From: Macrostomum lignano
Lineage: Eukaryota
NCBI GenBank assembly: GCA_002269645.1
Contig: NIVC01000992.1
Location: 1 to 64,000 of the forward strand
Length of the DNA: 64,000 bases
Reading direction: 5' to 3'
In this document: positions 40,362-53,072 of the stretch, one piece after another
How the letters are laid out: each line of letters starts with the position of its first letter
Numbering within the stretch: the stretch's first letter is position 1
Notes under the pieces: generated by a model
Seen by the model: the letters and a program-made list of their open reading frames with translations, nothing else
The model's database searches: none
What the model was told of the DNA's origin: nothing
Made by a program: the position numbers and the translations under genes

Positions 40362-41115
40362 CAAAACAGGCGCCAAATCTGTGTCAAAACAGGCGCCAAA
40401 ATCTGTCAAAGCAGGCGCCAAATCTGTGTCAAAACAGGCGCCAAATCTGTGTCAAAACAGGCGCCAAAATCTGTGTCAAAACAGGCGCCAAATCTGTGTC
40501 AAAACAGGCGCCAAAATCTGTCAAAGCAGGCGCCAAATCTGTGTCAAAACAGGCGCCAAATCTGTGTCAAAGCAGGCGCCAAAATCTGTGTCAAAACACG
40601 CGCCAAATCTGTGTCAAAACACGCGCCAAATCTGTGTCAAAACAGGGGCCAAATCTGTGTCAAAACAGGCGCCAAAATCTGTGTCAAAACAGTCACCAAA
40701 TCTGTGTCAAAACAGGCGCCAAAGTCTGTATGTCACAACAGGCGCCAAAGCTGTGTCAAAACAGGCGCAAAATTATTTTTCAATTTCAAATCAGGCGCCA
40801 AATTCTTTTTCAACACTGACACTAAAATCTATGTCAAAGCAGACGCCAACATCTGTGTCAAAACAGGCGCCAAATTCTTTTTCAAATCAGGTGCCAAAAG
40901 CTATATCAGAAAAGGCGCCAAAATCTGTATCAGAAAAGGCGCCAAAATCTATATGTCAAAACAGGCGCCAAATCTGTGTCAAAGCAGGCACCAAAATCTG
41001 TGTCAAAACAGGCGCCAAAATCTGTGTCAAAACAGGCGCCAAATTTGTGTCGAAACTGGCGCCAAATCTGTTTCAAAACAGGCGCCAAAAATCTATATCA
41101 AAACGGGCGCCAAAA
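40362..41115. repeat. 23/24-bp minisatellite (AAAACAGGCGCCAAATCTGTGTC)
   Basis: Direct reading. Confidence 0.95.
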
Positions 41116-41565
41116 TCCGAGCAATTAAGCCAACATTACAATAAACATACAAAACTTGTTAAGCTTTTACGCTAACATTAAGAAAAAATTAAAAGCCTCT
41201 TTAGTGCCCACCAAAATTAGAGCAAGCGGTCCATGTGTGTGTGTGGTGTGTAAAAATAGATAAGAAAGAAGAATTTTATAAACTCTTCAATGAGGCCTTA
41301 TTGGCCACAGGCTCAAGAAATGTTCAGTCACGTCAACCCCGGCCACCCACACCAGCCAGAAGTCAAAGAGCGACCCGAGCCAACCACCGTTGGTCTGCTC
41401 TCCTCTCTCTCTCTCTCGTCCCCCTTTAAACGAGAGGGTGAGGAGGGGTTTTAAAAAGTCGGACTTGTTTGAAAATAAAATCTACGCCAAACCAGAATCA
41501 AGCTTCAAGACGCTACAAGATCTAGAAGGAGAGTTGCTGCAATTTTTAAGAGATAAAGTTGTTCA

Positions 41566-43629
41566 ATGAAGTTGGCAACGACTCCGCCACCAAATAGGCG
41601 GCAAAGTCTAAACTGCTTAGCAATCTTACTGTTGTTGACACTATCAACTGACGCGATTACCGCTACTGATTCTTCTCCCAATGCTTCGGACGAAAACGCG
41701 GAGGCAGCGGCTGCTGCGGCTGCGGCGGCTGCGGCGGCGGCTGCGGCGGCGGCTCCCGCAGTTTCTGGTTTTGACGGCACAGCTCAAACCTGCGTGCCGG
41801 CCCAAATCGAGGTGCCCACCTGTAAGAACAATTATTACAGCACCACGGCTGAGGTATTCACCAAGCAATCCGGAGTAGATGTTGGCTACGTGCTGAAGCA
41901 GTACAAAGATCTTATCAGAGCTCCGTGCGCGCCATTCATGCGCCTGTTCGTCTGCTCGATGCACCTGCCGATGTGCCAGGAGTCTCTGCTAGTTCGGCCG
42001 TGTCGCGAGTTCTGCGAACGAATTCGCGACCTCTGCACTCCGATGCTGCTTCGATTCGGACACGAGTGGCCGGCCGGGCTGGCGTGCGAGGGCCTGCCGC
42101 CGGAGCAGAGTGCCGAGTCCGGCAAGAAGAATCTGTGCCTGAGACCGAACGCCAAGGAATTTGAGCAGCAGCTGACGGAGCTGCGCAAGCCTGGCGGCGA
42201 CTCGTACAAAGTCGGCCGCATGGACGAGCATAAACTGCCGCAGCCTCCTCGACACTTGGTGCCGGCTGAAGCGGCCGAGACGACGCCGCCAACCGAAGCG
42301 TCGCCAACGTCGGAGGTGCCGGGATCGGCTCGCGGGCCGTGCACGCCGGCGGAAGTTCGACTGGGCGCCGATCTTAGCGGCGCCAGCTGCGCCCAGCGCT
42401 GCCACGCCGACTTTATGTTTACTAAAAAAGACAAAGCCTTCGCCGAAATTTGGATGCTAATCTCCGCTATACTCTGCTTCGCATGCACCTCGCTAGCTGT
42501 GCTCACATTTGCTATGGACAGTGAAAGGCTCCTGTTCCCCGAACGGCCCATAGTGTGGATTGCCGCCTGCTACGGGCTCTTCTCGCTGGGTCACCTGCTC
42601 CGCGCCGGCCTGGGCCCAGAAATCGCCTGCAACCGGTTTGACGCCTCCGGCACCGGCGCGGCCGCCGGCCCGTCTCTGTACCGGGTGAGCCGTCACGCCG
42701 GCCACTGGTGCGCCGTCATCTTCCTGCTGTTGTACTTCTCTGCCACTGCCGGCTGTCTCTGGTGGCTCCTCATGACCGTCTGCTGGTACTTGTGCGCAGC
42801 GAGAAAATGGGCCCACGAAGCTTTGGCGCAGCGTTCCGTGTGGCTTCACTTGTTCGCTTGGGGCGTTCCGCTGGTCCTGAGCGTTGTACTGTTAGTGCTG
42901 CATCGAATCGAGGCGGACGAGCTCACGCACCTGTGCGTAGTTGACGCGTCGGACCGGACTAACCTATTGATCTTCTCAATCGCACCTGCGGCTGTCAGCC
43001 TGCTCTGCGGCTTCTTGTTTCTAATCAGCGCGCTCTGCTCGAGCGTATCCGTCCGACATCGGCTGAAATTCAACGGTAATCCCAGCTTCAGACGCCTGGA
43101 GACGTTGATGACGAAGATCAGCATCTTCTCCGGGCTGTTCGCCTTGCCGACTGCGTGCGTCCTGGCGGCCAACGTCTACGAGTTCATGGAGCGGGGCCAG
43201 TGGCAGGCCAGCGTCGACAAGCTGCTGGTTCGAGCTCACTGCGTCAACTCTAGCGGCCTGCTAACATCCGCTGACGGCTGTCGACTCGATGCTCAACCGT
43301 CGCCGTCGATCTACGCGTTGAAGATTTTCATGTCGCTGGCGCCCGGTCTGCCAGCTGGCCTGTTTGTGTGGCTCAACCGGAAGTCGTTCAGAGCTTGGCA
43401 GCAGATATTGACTCGTCTGTTCTGGTGCAAACAAAGACCGCAACAACAACAACAGCAGCAGCAGCAGCAGCAGCAACAGGTGCACCCGATGCATCAGAAA
43501 CTGCCCACACCTGTCCGCACTGGCGTCAGTGGCAGTCAGCAGCCCCAGCAGCAGCAGCAGCGGTTGCTACTTGGCTCGGGCCAGAGCAAATACCCTCAGA
43601 TATATGGAATTGGCACCTCAGAAATCTGA
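41566..43629 (+). CDS. fzd: Frizzled Wnt receptor, probably Fz4-like (Fz4/9/10 group), intronless (687 aa)
   Basis: N-terminal hydrophobic signal-like segment. Frizzled CRD (PCAPFMRLFVCSMHLPMC, PCREFCERIRDLC, EWPAGLAC). TM region FAEIWM..ILCFACTSLAVLTF..DSERLLFPERPI, with HLFAWGVP, LMTKISIFS and LKIFMSL. KTxxxW-like motif KSFRAW. C-terminal PDZ-type ending SEI. The subfamily assignment is by eye. Confidence 0.95.
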   Translation: MKLATTPPPNRRQSLNCLAILLLLTLSTDAITATDSSPNASDENAEAAAAAAAAAAAAAAAAAPAVSGFDGTAQTCVPAQIEVPTCKNNYYSTTAEVFTKQSGVDVGYVLKQYKDLIRAPCAPFMRLFVCSMHLPMCQESLLVRPCREFCERIRDLCTPMLLRFGHEWPAGLACEGLPPEQSAESGKKNLCLRPNAKEFEQQLTELRKPGGDSYKVGRMDEHKLPQPPRHLVPAEAAETTPPTEASPTSEVPGSARGPCTPAEVRLGADLSGASCAQRCHADFMFTKKDKAFAEIWMLISAILCFACTSLAVLTFAMDSERLLFPERPIVWIAACYGLFSLGHLLRAGLGPEIACNRFDASGTGAAAGPSLYRVSRHAGHWCAVIFLLLYFSATAGCLWWLLMTVCWYLCAARKWAHEALAQRSVWLHLFAWGVPLVLSVVLLVLHRIEADELTHLCVVDASDRTNLLIFSIAPAAVSLLCGFLFLISALCSSVSVRHRLKFNGNPSFRRLETLMTKISIFSGLFALPTACVLAANVYEFMERGQWQASVDKLLVRAHCVNSSGLLTSADGCRLDAQPSPSIYALKIFMSLAPGLPAGLFVWLNRKSFRAWQQILTRLFWCKQRPQQQQQQQQQQQQQVHPMHQKLPTPVRTGVSGSQQPQQQQQRLLLGSGQSKYPQIYGIGTSEI

Positions 43630-44119
43630 GTACATATTCAAAAATATTTGTAACAACACAAAAGTTAGTCTGCAGCAACATGATCAAATGATTTGTTATT
43701 TTAACACGTTATGGAAACACTTGTTTTGTTTATTTGTTTGTTCGTTTTTGTAATCGTTCGAAAAAACGCGTTGTACAGTTATTAAACTGGTTCATAATTT
43801 GCATTTTTTCTGAAACTACGTAGAACACAAAAACATGCTTTGTAGTTTAGTGATTGTGCATGCCGCCTAATGGAGTCCTGACTCGATTGGTTTATTGCTG
43901 ATTTTTAAAACTGTTTTAGCGAATTATTCTTGTTTTTATTTTGCTATAGTCTTGTCAACTGCTCTGGCTTCTTTGCTGTTTCATCTGTATAAAATATTTA
44001 ATCCATTGTTCGAGTTGAAAATACACAACTAGTGAAGTAGTTCCCTTAAATGCACAGATTCACTCAGCTTATAATTTCAAATTGGAAACAGATTCTCGCG
44101 TGATTTTCTTTTGCACGAA

Positions 44120-44262
44120 CTAAACTTCACAAGACCTAAACTTCATCACAGGACCTAAATTTCTCAAGACATAGATTTCACAAGAACTAAACCTCACAAG
44201 ACCTAAACTTCACAAGACCTAAACTTCACAAGACCTAAACTTCATAAGACCTAAACTTCACA
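44120..44262. repeat. 16-bp minisatellite (AAACTTCACAAGACCT)
   Basis: Direct reading. Confidence 0.9.
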
Positions 44263-44949
44263 AAACGGAATTTAAGATTAAAACTTGACTCCTTGTTTTA
44301 TAACTTAAAATTGCTGTTCTTAGCTCGATGTAAACAGCTTCATATGCTAGAACTCAATTTAGCTAGTTACAAAGAGACACGTTGCGCAATTATAACGATA
44401 TAGAGGCCACAACCAAAAGACAAAGAGACCGCCGCCCGGAAAACAATAAAAACCGTCAGACCGTTTGCTGAAGACAGGGGAAAGGGGGCAGGGTGGTGAT
44501 TTACAACACCGGCTCAACCCGCAACCCCCTGCCCCCCTCAGACTCCAGAACTGGCCCAAAAGCGATACAATGCGCCAAACTTGCTTTCAATATGAAGCTG
44601 AGCTGAGCTTAATTATGCCATAAATATTGATACTATAATTTCCGTTCGGGTTTATATGCCCATCCGACCTTCCATAGTCGCGGTTCAATGACTTTTACGA
44701 TCGGTGTGGTTTGCCCTCTGGTGGTGCATACATGTAGTTATAAAGGAGCATTAAGTATTTCCAAGTCTTAATGTTTATACCCATTGGATACATAGCTTTG
44801 CTTCTAAAGTCTAGACTGCAATTGAAATGTGCGTATTCAAGTAACGCTGGATTAATTTAAAGGATTTAATACTTGAACCCGCCGAGTCCTGTAAAGATGA
44901 GACCCTTGCCTTTTGTTTAATATTCTAAATAAAAGCTATAATCTTCTGT

Positions 44950-47107
44950 CCTCACTGTGTCTGTCCTCACCTGGATTCTGTGTCTGTCCTCACCTGGATT
45001 CTGTGTCTGCCCTCACCTGGATTCTGTGTCTGTCCTCACCTGGATTCTGTGTCAGTCCTCATCTGGATTCTCCGTCTGTCCTCACCTGGATTCTGTGTCT
45101 GTCCTCACCTGGATTCTGTGTCTGCCCTCGCCTGGATTCTGTGTCTGTCCTCACCTGGATTCTGTGTCAGTCCTCATCTGGATTCTCCGTCTGTCCTCAC
45201 CTGGATTCTGTGTCTGTCCTCACCTGGATTCTGTGTCTGCCCTAATCTGGATTCTGTGTCTGTCTTCACCTGGATTCTGTGTCAGTCCTCATCTGGATTC
45301 TCCGTCTGTCCTCACCTGGATTCTGTGTCTGTCCTAATCTGGATACTGTGTCTGCCCTAATCTGGATTCAGTGTCTGTCCTAATCTGGATTCTGTGTCTG
45401 TCCTCACCTGGATTCTGTGTCTGCCCTAATCTGGATTCTGTGTCTGTCCTAATCTGGATTCTGTGTCTGTCCTCACCTGGATTCTGTGTCTGCCCTAATC
45501 TGGATTCTGTGTCTGTCCTAACCTGGATTCTGTGTCTGCCCTAATCTGGATTCTGTGTCTGTCCTCACCTGGATTCTGTGTCTGCCCTAATCTGGATTCT
45601 CTGTCTGTCCTCACCTGGATTCTGTGTCTGCCCTAATCTGGATTCTGTGTCTGCCCTAATCTGGATTCTGTGTCTGTCCTCACCTGGATTCTGTGTCTGC
45701 CCTAATCTGGATTCTGTGTCTGTCTTCACCTGGATTCTGTCTGCCCTAATCTGGATTCTGTGTCTGTCCTCACCTGGATCCTGTGTCTGCCCTAATCTGG
45801 ATTCTGTGTCTGCCCTAATCTGGATTCTGTGTCTGTCCTCACCTGGATTCAGTGTCTGCCCTAATCTGGATTCTGTGTCTGTCTTCACCTGGATTCTGCG
45901 TCTGCCCTAATCTGGATTCTGTTTCTGTCCTCACCTGCTGGATCCTGTGTCTGCCCTAATCTGGATTCTGTGTCTGTCTTCACCTGGATTCTGTGTCTGC
46001 CCTAATCTGGATTCTGTTTCTGTCCTCACCTGCTGGATCCTGTGTCTGCCCTAATCTGGATTCTGTGTCTGTCTTCACCTGGATTCTGTGTCTGCCCTAA
46101 TCTGGATTCTGTTTCTGTCCTCACCTGCTGGATCCTGTGTCTGCCCTAATCTGGATTCTGTGTCTGCCCTAATCTGGATTCTGTGTCTGTCCTCACCTGG
46201 ATTCTGTGTCTGCCCTAATCTGGATTCTGTGTCTGTCTTCACCTGGATTCTGTGTCTCTCCTTACCTGGATTCTGTGTCTGTCCTCACCTGGATTCCGTG
46301 TCTGTCCTCACCTGGATTTTGTGTCCTCAACTGGATTCTGTCTCTCCTCAACTGGATTCTTTGCCTGCCTGTCCTCACCTGCTGGATCCTGTGTCTGTCC
46401 TCAACTGGATTCTGTGTCTCTCTTCAACTGGATTCTTTGTCTCTCCTCACCTGGATTCTGTGTCTGTCCTCACCTGGATTCCGTGTCTGTCCTCACCTGG
46501 ATTCTGTGTCTGTCCTCACCTGGATTCTGTGTCTCTCCTCAACTGGATTCTGTGTCTGTCCTCACCTGGATTCTGTGTCTGTCCTCACCTGGATTCTGTG
46601 TCTGTCCTCTCCCGGAATCTGTGTCTGTCCTCAACTGGATTCTGTGTCTGTCCTCACCTGGATTCCGTGTCTGTCCTCACCTGGATTCCGTGTCTGTCCT
46701 CACCTGGATTTTGTGTCTGTCTTCACCTGGATTCTGTGTCTGTCCTCACCTGCTGGATCCTGGGTCTGTCCTCACCTGCTGGATCCTGGGTCTGTCCTCA
46801 CCTGCTGGATCCTGTGTCTGTCCTCACCTGCATGGATTCTGTGTCTGTCCTCACCTGCTGGATCCTGGGTCTGTCCTCACCTGCTGGATCCTGGGTCTGT
46901 CCTCACCTGCTGGATCCTGTGTCTGTCCTCACCTGCATGGATTCTGTGTCTGTCCTCACCTGCTGGATCCTGGGTCTGTCCTCACCTGTTGGATTCTGTG
47001 TCTGTCCTCACCTGCTGGATCCTGGGTCTGTCCTCACCTGCTGGATCCTGGGTCTGTCCTCACCTGCTGGATCCTGTGTCTGTCCTCACCTGCATGGATT
47101 CTGGGTC
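44950..47107. repeat. 23-bp minisatellite (CTCACCTGGATTCTGTGTCTGTC) with variants
   Basis: Direct reading; explains the ORFs at 44913-47196. Confidence 0.97.
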
Positions 47108-47595
47108 TGAATCTGAGTCAAAGTTTCATGTTTGTCAAAGCAAAAAACGGTGAGTTTAACATGCAGTATTTGTATACATTCAACCGGCGCCTTTAAGTAA
47201 ACTTTTTATAAGGAAAAGTTGGCACACGAGACGCCATTTACTTTGCTTGATTTACATTCTCTCGCATCTATCGCAGTCTAGCTTGTACGAGCGTATATTT
47301 GCATATTTGCATTTCAGCTAATGTTTCCATTATTTTCCAGACTGCTGACCTGCACGAATGCATCATATGTAAGCAAAATTTTATGCTCAATAAAATTCGC
47401 ACTTCACTAAGAGCAGAAGAGAAAAAAGGCAAATGCAAGTACCCAGATGCGTTTGTGCTTGAGCAAAATATTAATCTATTGCCCTGGGTAATTCCAAATG
47501 CTAAGAGTTAATATGCGGAGCGCAACCGCGAGCCTCTCGATGCAATATGCGGTATAACACTGTATGGGAGTGCAGACTTCAACCAAGTACTCATC

Positions 47596-48570
47596 AGCGC
47601 TAGATCCTACTCATCGTCGGCGCCAGATCCTACTCATTGTCGGCGCCAGATCCTACTCATCGTCGGCGCCAGATCCTACTCATCGTCGGCGCCAGATCCT
47701 ACTCATCGTCTGCGCCAGATCCTACTCATCGTCTGCGCCAGATCCTACTCATCGTCTGCGCCAGATCCTACTCATCGTCTGCGCCAGATCCTACTCATCG
47801 TCGGCGCCAGATCCTACTTATCGGCGCCAGATCCTACTCATCAGCGGCGCCAAATCCTACTTATCATCAACGCCAAATCCTACTCATTCTCGGCGCCAAA
47901 TCCTACTCATCAGCGGCGCCAAATCCTACTCTACTCATTCTTGGCGCCAAATCCTACTCATCAGCGGCGCCAAATTCTACTCATCAAGCGGCGCCAAATC
48001 CTACTCTACTCATTCTTGGCTCCAAATCCTACTCATCGGCGTTAGATCCTACTCACCAGCGCCAGATCCTACTCATCATCGACGCCAAATCCTACTCATT
48101 ATCAACGCCAAATCCTACTCATTCTTGGCGCCAAATCCTACTCATCAGCGGCGCCAAATTCTACTCATCAAGCGGCGCCAAATCCTACTCTACTCATTCT
48201 TGGCTCCAAATCCTACTCATCGGCGTTAGATCCTACTCACCAGCGCCAAATCCTACTCATCGGCTCCAAATCCTACTCATTGGCGCCAAATTCTACTCAT
48301 CAGCGGCGCCAAATCCCACTCATCAGCGGCGCCAAATACTACTCATCAGCGGCGCCAAATGCTACTCATCATCGGCGCCAAATCCTACTCTACTCATTCT
48401 TGGCGCCAAATACTACTCATCAGCGGCGCCAAATCCTACTCATCAGCGGCGCCAAATCCTACTCTACTCATTCTTGGCGCCAAATACTACTCATCAGCGG
48501 CGCCAAATGCTACTCATCATCGGCGCCAAATGCTACTCATCATCGGCGCCAAATGCTACTCATCAGCGGC
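47596..48570. repeat. 23-bp minisatellite (CGGCGCCAGATCCTACTCATCGT) with variants; homologous to the 20-bp unit at 19.5-21.9 kb
   Basis: GCGCCAGATCCTACTCATCG compared with GCGCTAGATCTACTATCG. Confidence 0.94.
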
Positions 48571-49467
48571 TTGAAACAGAAGCCACTCCGCATTTGCCAA
48601 ATTGTATTCTCTAACGCCTAGAGCTTATACAAAGATAAGCTGAATCGGCAAACACCTGTAGAGAAGCGATATCTACGAGTAACAAAAATTTTACTCTAAC
48701 TCTTGATGGTGAATAAAAGCAACACTGCGTGGCTGTTAACCCAGCCCTTACTGTGCAGAGCCTAGCAGTTATACTAATTCTATTCTTATCTTCCGCACAT
48801 ATCTCATATAATATTAAAATTCAGCCCGAGTTGGACTGACGCGCGGTAAGTAACTATTTACGAGTATAGTTTTTCTTTTTAAATTGTTCAAAGAAGCCGC
48901 CGCCAATTTTCTCTGCGCAACCCTGTATAGAAATATAAATATAAACATACACGCGGGTATTGTATAGAAAACTGTATAGCAGTGAGCTGGGGCGCCATGC
49001 ATAGTGTAACACAGCACACACACACACACACTGCACTGCTGTACAATATATACGAGCGCGTAATTATTCTAAAAAGAATCATAAATTCTACCGCTGCACA
49101 AGCGCGCTATACGAGCGTATATGCGTGCAGTTTTGAGTCGTAAAAATTTTTTTTCTCCAAATATCTAGCCTCACTTTACACCGTGTATTAACATGGCCCC
49201 GCGAGCGACTGGGCCTTGATCGGCTAGCCCTTGCTACAGTTAATTTGGAGGGTTGTTAATCTTGGCAGGAGGCTAGTCCTACATGCAGAGCGATATAGCT
49301 CTTGGTGTTTGACGGTTTTATAACTGCGCAACGCATACGCGCGTATTTATGCGCGTGTTTATGCGCTTGTGCTGGCAAGGCAAGCGCGGGTACAATGTAA
49401 GCATAAGCGTCGCCATGGATTTTATGGTGGGGGGGAATAAAATTAAGAATTCTACATGTACGTGTAC

Positions 49468-49491
49468 CATGGACAACTAGAGTTGTCCATG
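49468..49491. mobile_element. 24-bp palindromic insertion flanked by an 8-bp direct repeat (minimal hAT-like remnant)
   Basis: ACGTGTAC (49460-49467) + CATGGACAAC-TAGA-GTTGTCCATG + ACGTGTAC (49492-49499). Confidence 0.55.
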
Positions 49492-51429
49492 ACGTGTACA
49501 TGACTAATTTCATACATGTACACTATTTTCAGAATCGGTGTTGTCGTCAGCGCTCATTTTAGCGCCACAGGCACTCATTTTGGCACCGCAGGCACTCATT
49601 TTGGCCCAACAGGCTCTCATTTTGGCCCCACATGCTCTCATTTTAGATCGGAGATGCAGCTTAATACAAACTATAAAAAAATGTTGTCAACTTCATGTAA
49701 AAGGTAAAGTAATTCTGTTCATACTACTGCGTATTCAGAGTAGTATGATTTGGAATTAAACATTTAAATTTGCATCCAAAAGGCATAAATTGTGTAAAGG
49801 CATAAGTTTAAATGCAATGTTGCAATTTTATCCTATATTTATGATGCATAGTGTTTAAAGGAATTCCAACGATCGAACATGTACGCGTGGGTCTATATGC
49901 ATTATGCTGATTGATCCGCAGATTTTTCCAGGTGAGTTTATATTTCGGGTTTTCCGTCTTTTCGTTTTGGAATATAGATACATGCAGTGTGTATGCCAAC
50001 TAAAAAAAGCAATGCAGTAGTATATAGTTCCTTGCTCGGAAGGGTTAATTACCATGCAGCTGCATATGCATGTTAAAAGTACCCTAGTATACATCATTAT
50101 GCATATGTATAGAGAAGCTAACTAAGAGCGGCGCCGTCTACTCTACACAATGTCATAATGCCAAGGACCACCAGCAGTATAAAAACATACTGTGTGTATA
50201 CTCATGCTAGTGGCCTTTGCTTAGGCTGGTGGGTACCTCGTCTAAGGTGACTAACATTGGGTCCGTGTCATTGGTTTTGTATTTAAAATTCAATTCGATA
50301 AGCGGGCGCGGCCCCCCCCCCCTTTGGCCGCCCTCTGCATACGACACGATTTAGCATCCCTGTTCACAGTTACATGTACATGTACTACTAGCGCATAAGA
50401 AAAGTCCGGGTTGCTGTACGAGGTAAAGGCAGGCTTACTAGATGACTTTGATAAGTTTAGAAGCCCAAGCTTGCAAACGTAAACAGCCTGCTGATTGGTT
50501 CAGCAATAATGTACATTTACATTAGCCACTGAAATGTACCGTAACATGGCAGATTTAGGCTGGAACAACCGAGGAAGGTAATAAAAATTGGGTGGCGGGG
50601 CAGGGGTAGAGGTTCTGTGTGAAGTTTGACGGGGGGAGCGGGGGTAAAAGGCAATAAATGAGCCTTTCCCTTGTCTTTAAAAATACATTAAAATGCTTCT
50701 GTTAAACTGAAGTTACTGAACTGAAAGTAGCTTGTTGTTGTTAAACGAGAGGGTGGGTAGCCTAGGGGGCTCCCGCGGATCAGCCCAGGGAAGGGCTCTG
50801 CCGCTAGAAAACAGGGGCTTATCTACCAGGGGCATATAGCCCGAGCAGGCCAGAATGGGACCTGACGTCATGGCCAGGATAAAACTTTATTGGTGCTACT
50901 AACCCAAGCCTATGGACTAAGACACCGCCAACTCATAGGTGGAATCAGGGACGGTGCTAAGACCGAGTCCACCCAGGCCACCCCAACGACAAAACCCGAG
51001 TGTGCGCGCAAAAAAGCTTGAAGTTTAGAAAATGGTCCGAGAGCGGGGAGACCCCGAAGTCTACGGAAAAGGCTTAATTTTGGAGCGAGTCTGGGCAGCT
51101 TATTTACCAAGGGCGAGTCTCCTGCCAGATGGGCCACCAGAAAACCTCTTATTCTGCAGGGCTGCAAGCCTCAAGGCTTTTTTGCTACCGAGTCTGGAAG
51201 CTTATCCTATCAGGTAGGCGAGGCGAGTCTCCTATCAGGTAGGCCGGCGATAAGTAGAACCTCCTATATAGGGCTGCAAGCCTCAAGGCTTTTTCGATAT
51301 CCAGCTCTATATAAGGGCCAGGCCAAGGGGTCGGAGAGGGGCACAAGGAGCAAGAAGAACCCGGACTCAGCCGGTATTTCCGGTATTTCCCGATTCGGGA
51401 CGAACATCAACCCCAGGACTCCAATCCAC

Positions 51430-52907
51430 TAGGATTTGCAATCCCGGGATCCCGGGATTAGGGGCCAAATTCCGGGATTTGAATCTCGGGATTAAAATTT
51501 GTCGGGATTTACCGGGATTGATAATCCCGAGATTATCCATGGCCGGGATTCGGGATCCCGGGATGAAAATCTGTGAATTCCGGAATTTTTCGGGATTGAT
51601 AAGATGAAACAGAAATTTTCAATTTTAAATTTTCATCATTTATTTTTCATTTCTACTTCACTTTACAATGCAATTTTTTAGACTATATCGTTTGGTCATC
51701 CAAACAATGAAATGTGTGAATCATAAAATTGTTTTCTAGGAATGAATTTGTTGGACTCTGACTGACTCTGATCGTTTATGGACTGCGGACTCTGGGGTCA
51801 GTGCTTGGGGTGGGTTATTTGTCTGGTGAGGGTTTGCTTACTCTGATCAGTACATCGTTGCTCATTCTGTTTTGTAATTTTTGTAGTTTTGCTGTCTTTT
51901 GTTGTTGTTGCGAATTGCAAATTTGCAAATTGCGATCAAACTTATGTTTTGTTTGCGTTGCGAGTCTTGCGACTGAGAGTGACTCGAGTGAGGCGACTTG
52001 TGAATTCGCGAATTGCGATTATGTTGTGAAGTTGAAAATCGTAAATTTGTACTTCTAATGCGATTGTTGAATGGTGATGGTGATGGATGGTGGACGCAGT
52101 GATTGACTGATTCAGTGATTGCACATTATGTTATTTAATTTGTTGCGGTCTCTAGTAACAGCTCAGACCGCAAGTACTCAGTGGCTACAGAGTGTACAGT
52201 AGTACTGTATGCTGCTGTTTCGAAGGGAAACTGCGAGCGGTTTAACTGCGAAGCTGCGATTTCGCATTAACTGCGTTACAAGAAACTGCTGCGATTTTTA
52301 ACTGCGAGCGGACTCGCAGTCCACTTCTGCACCAGCTCCGCACCCCATCATGGTCGGCTCCGTTACGTAATCACGTAAATCACGTAAATCGGCAGGTAAA
52401 AAGACAATCCTTTAAAAAAGCTGGATCCGAATCAGCTGCATTTTTGTAACAGAAAAAAATTAAGTCCTAGTTCTTAACTGACTTAGTTATTTTACAAGAA
52501 AACTGACGCCGTGACCCTCAAACCCCTTGGAATTGGGATTGGGATGCCCGGATATAAGGATATATTGAAATTATGAAATATATATTAGCAAAGTTGGCAA
52601 ATCAAGCAAATCAAGTAAGCAAAATCAGTACAGGTAGTAGCTCGAGTACAACATACGATTTTGTGGGTTTCAGAACGATTCTTGTGGGCGTACGTAGTTG
52701 GTAATTGTTGAATCTCTATTGCGATCATATTCTACTCCGGGATCCTGGGATTAATCCCGGGATTGAGAATAATTCTCCGGGATCCTGGGATTACAAATAC
52801 TCTATCGGGATTTATCGGGATTGATAATCCCGGGATTATCCATGGCCGGGACATCCCGATCCCGACAATCCCAGGATTGACAGAAGACCGGGATTTTGCA
52901 ATCCCTA
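51430..52907. mobile_element. non-autonomous hAT DNA transposon (1478 bp)
   Basis: Perfect 8-bp TSD CAATCCAC at 51422-51429 and 52908-52915. TIRs TAGGATTTGCAA / TTGCAATCCCTA match at 10 of 12 positions. Dense subterminal CGGGAT/ATCCCG motifs at both ends. No transposase ORF. Confidence 0.92.
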
Positions 52908-53072
52908 CAATCCACTACTGTCAGTGATGAGAGCCGAGACACAAAAAGCAGGGTCGTCTTTCCTGCAGGGTGGGTGCTAAAGTAGAAAGTAGGCAGTAGT
53001 AGGGCGAATTATGATACTGCCGCACTAGCACTGGCGAGATAGGCGGCAATGCAAATGTACAGGGAAAAATAC

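Noticed and set aside
49735-50030. AGTAGT motifs near 49738 and 50015 as the Polinton terminus
   Set aside because: The opposite TIR and the 6-bp TSD are outside the window, so neither candidate can be verified.
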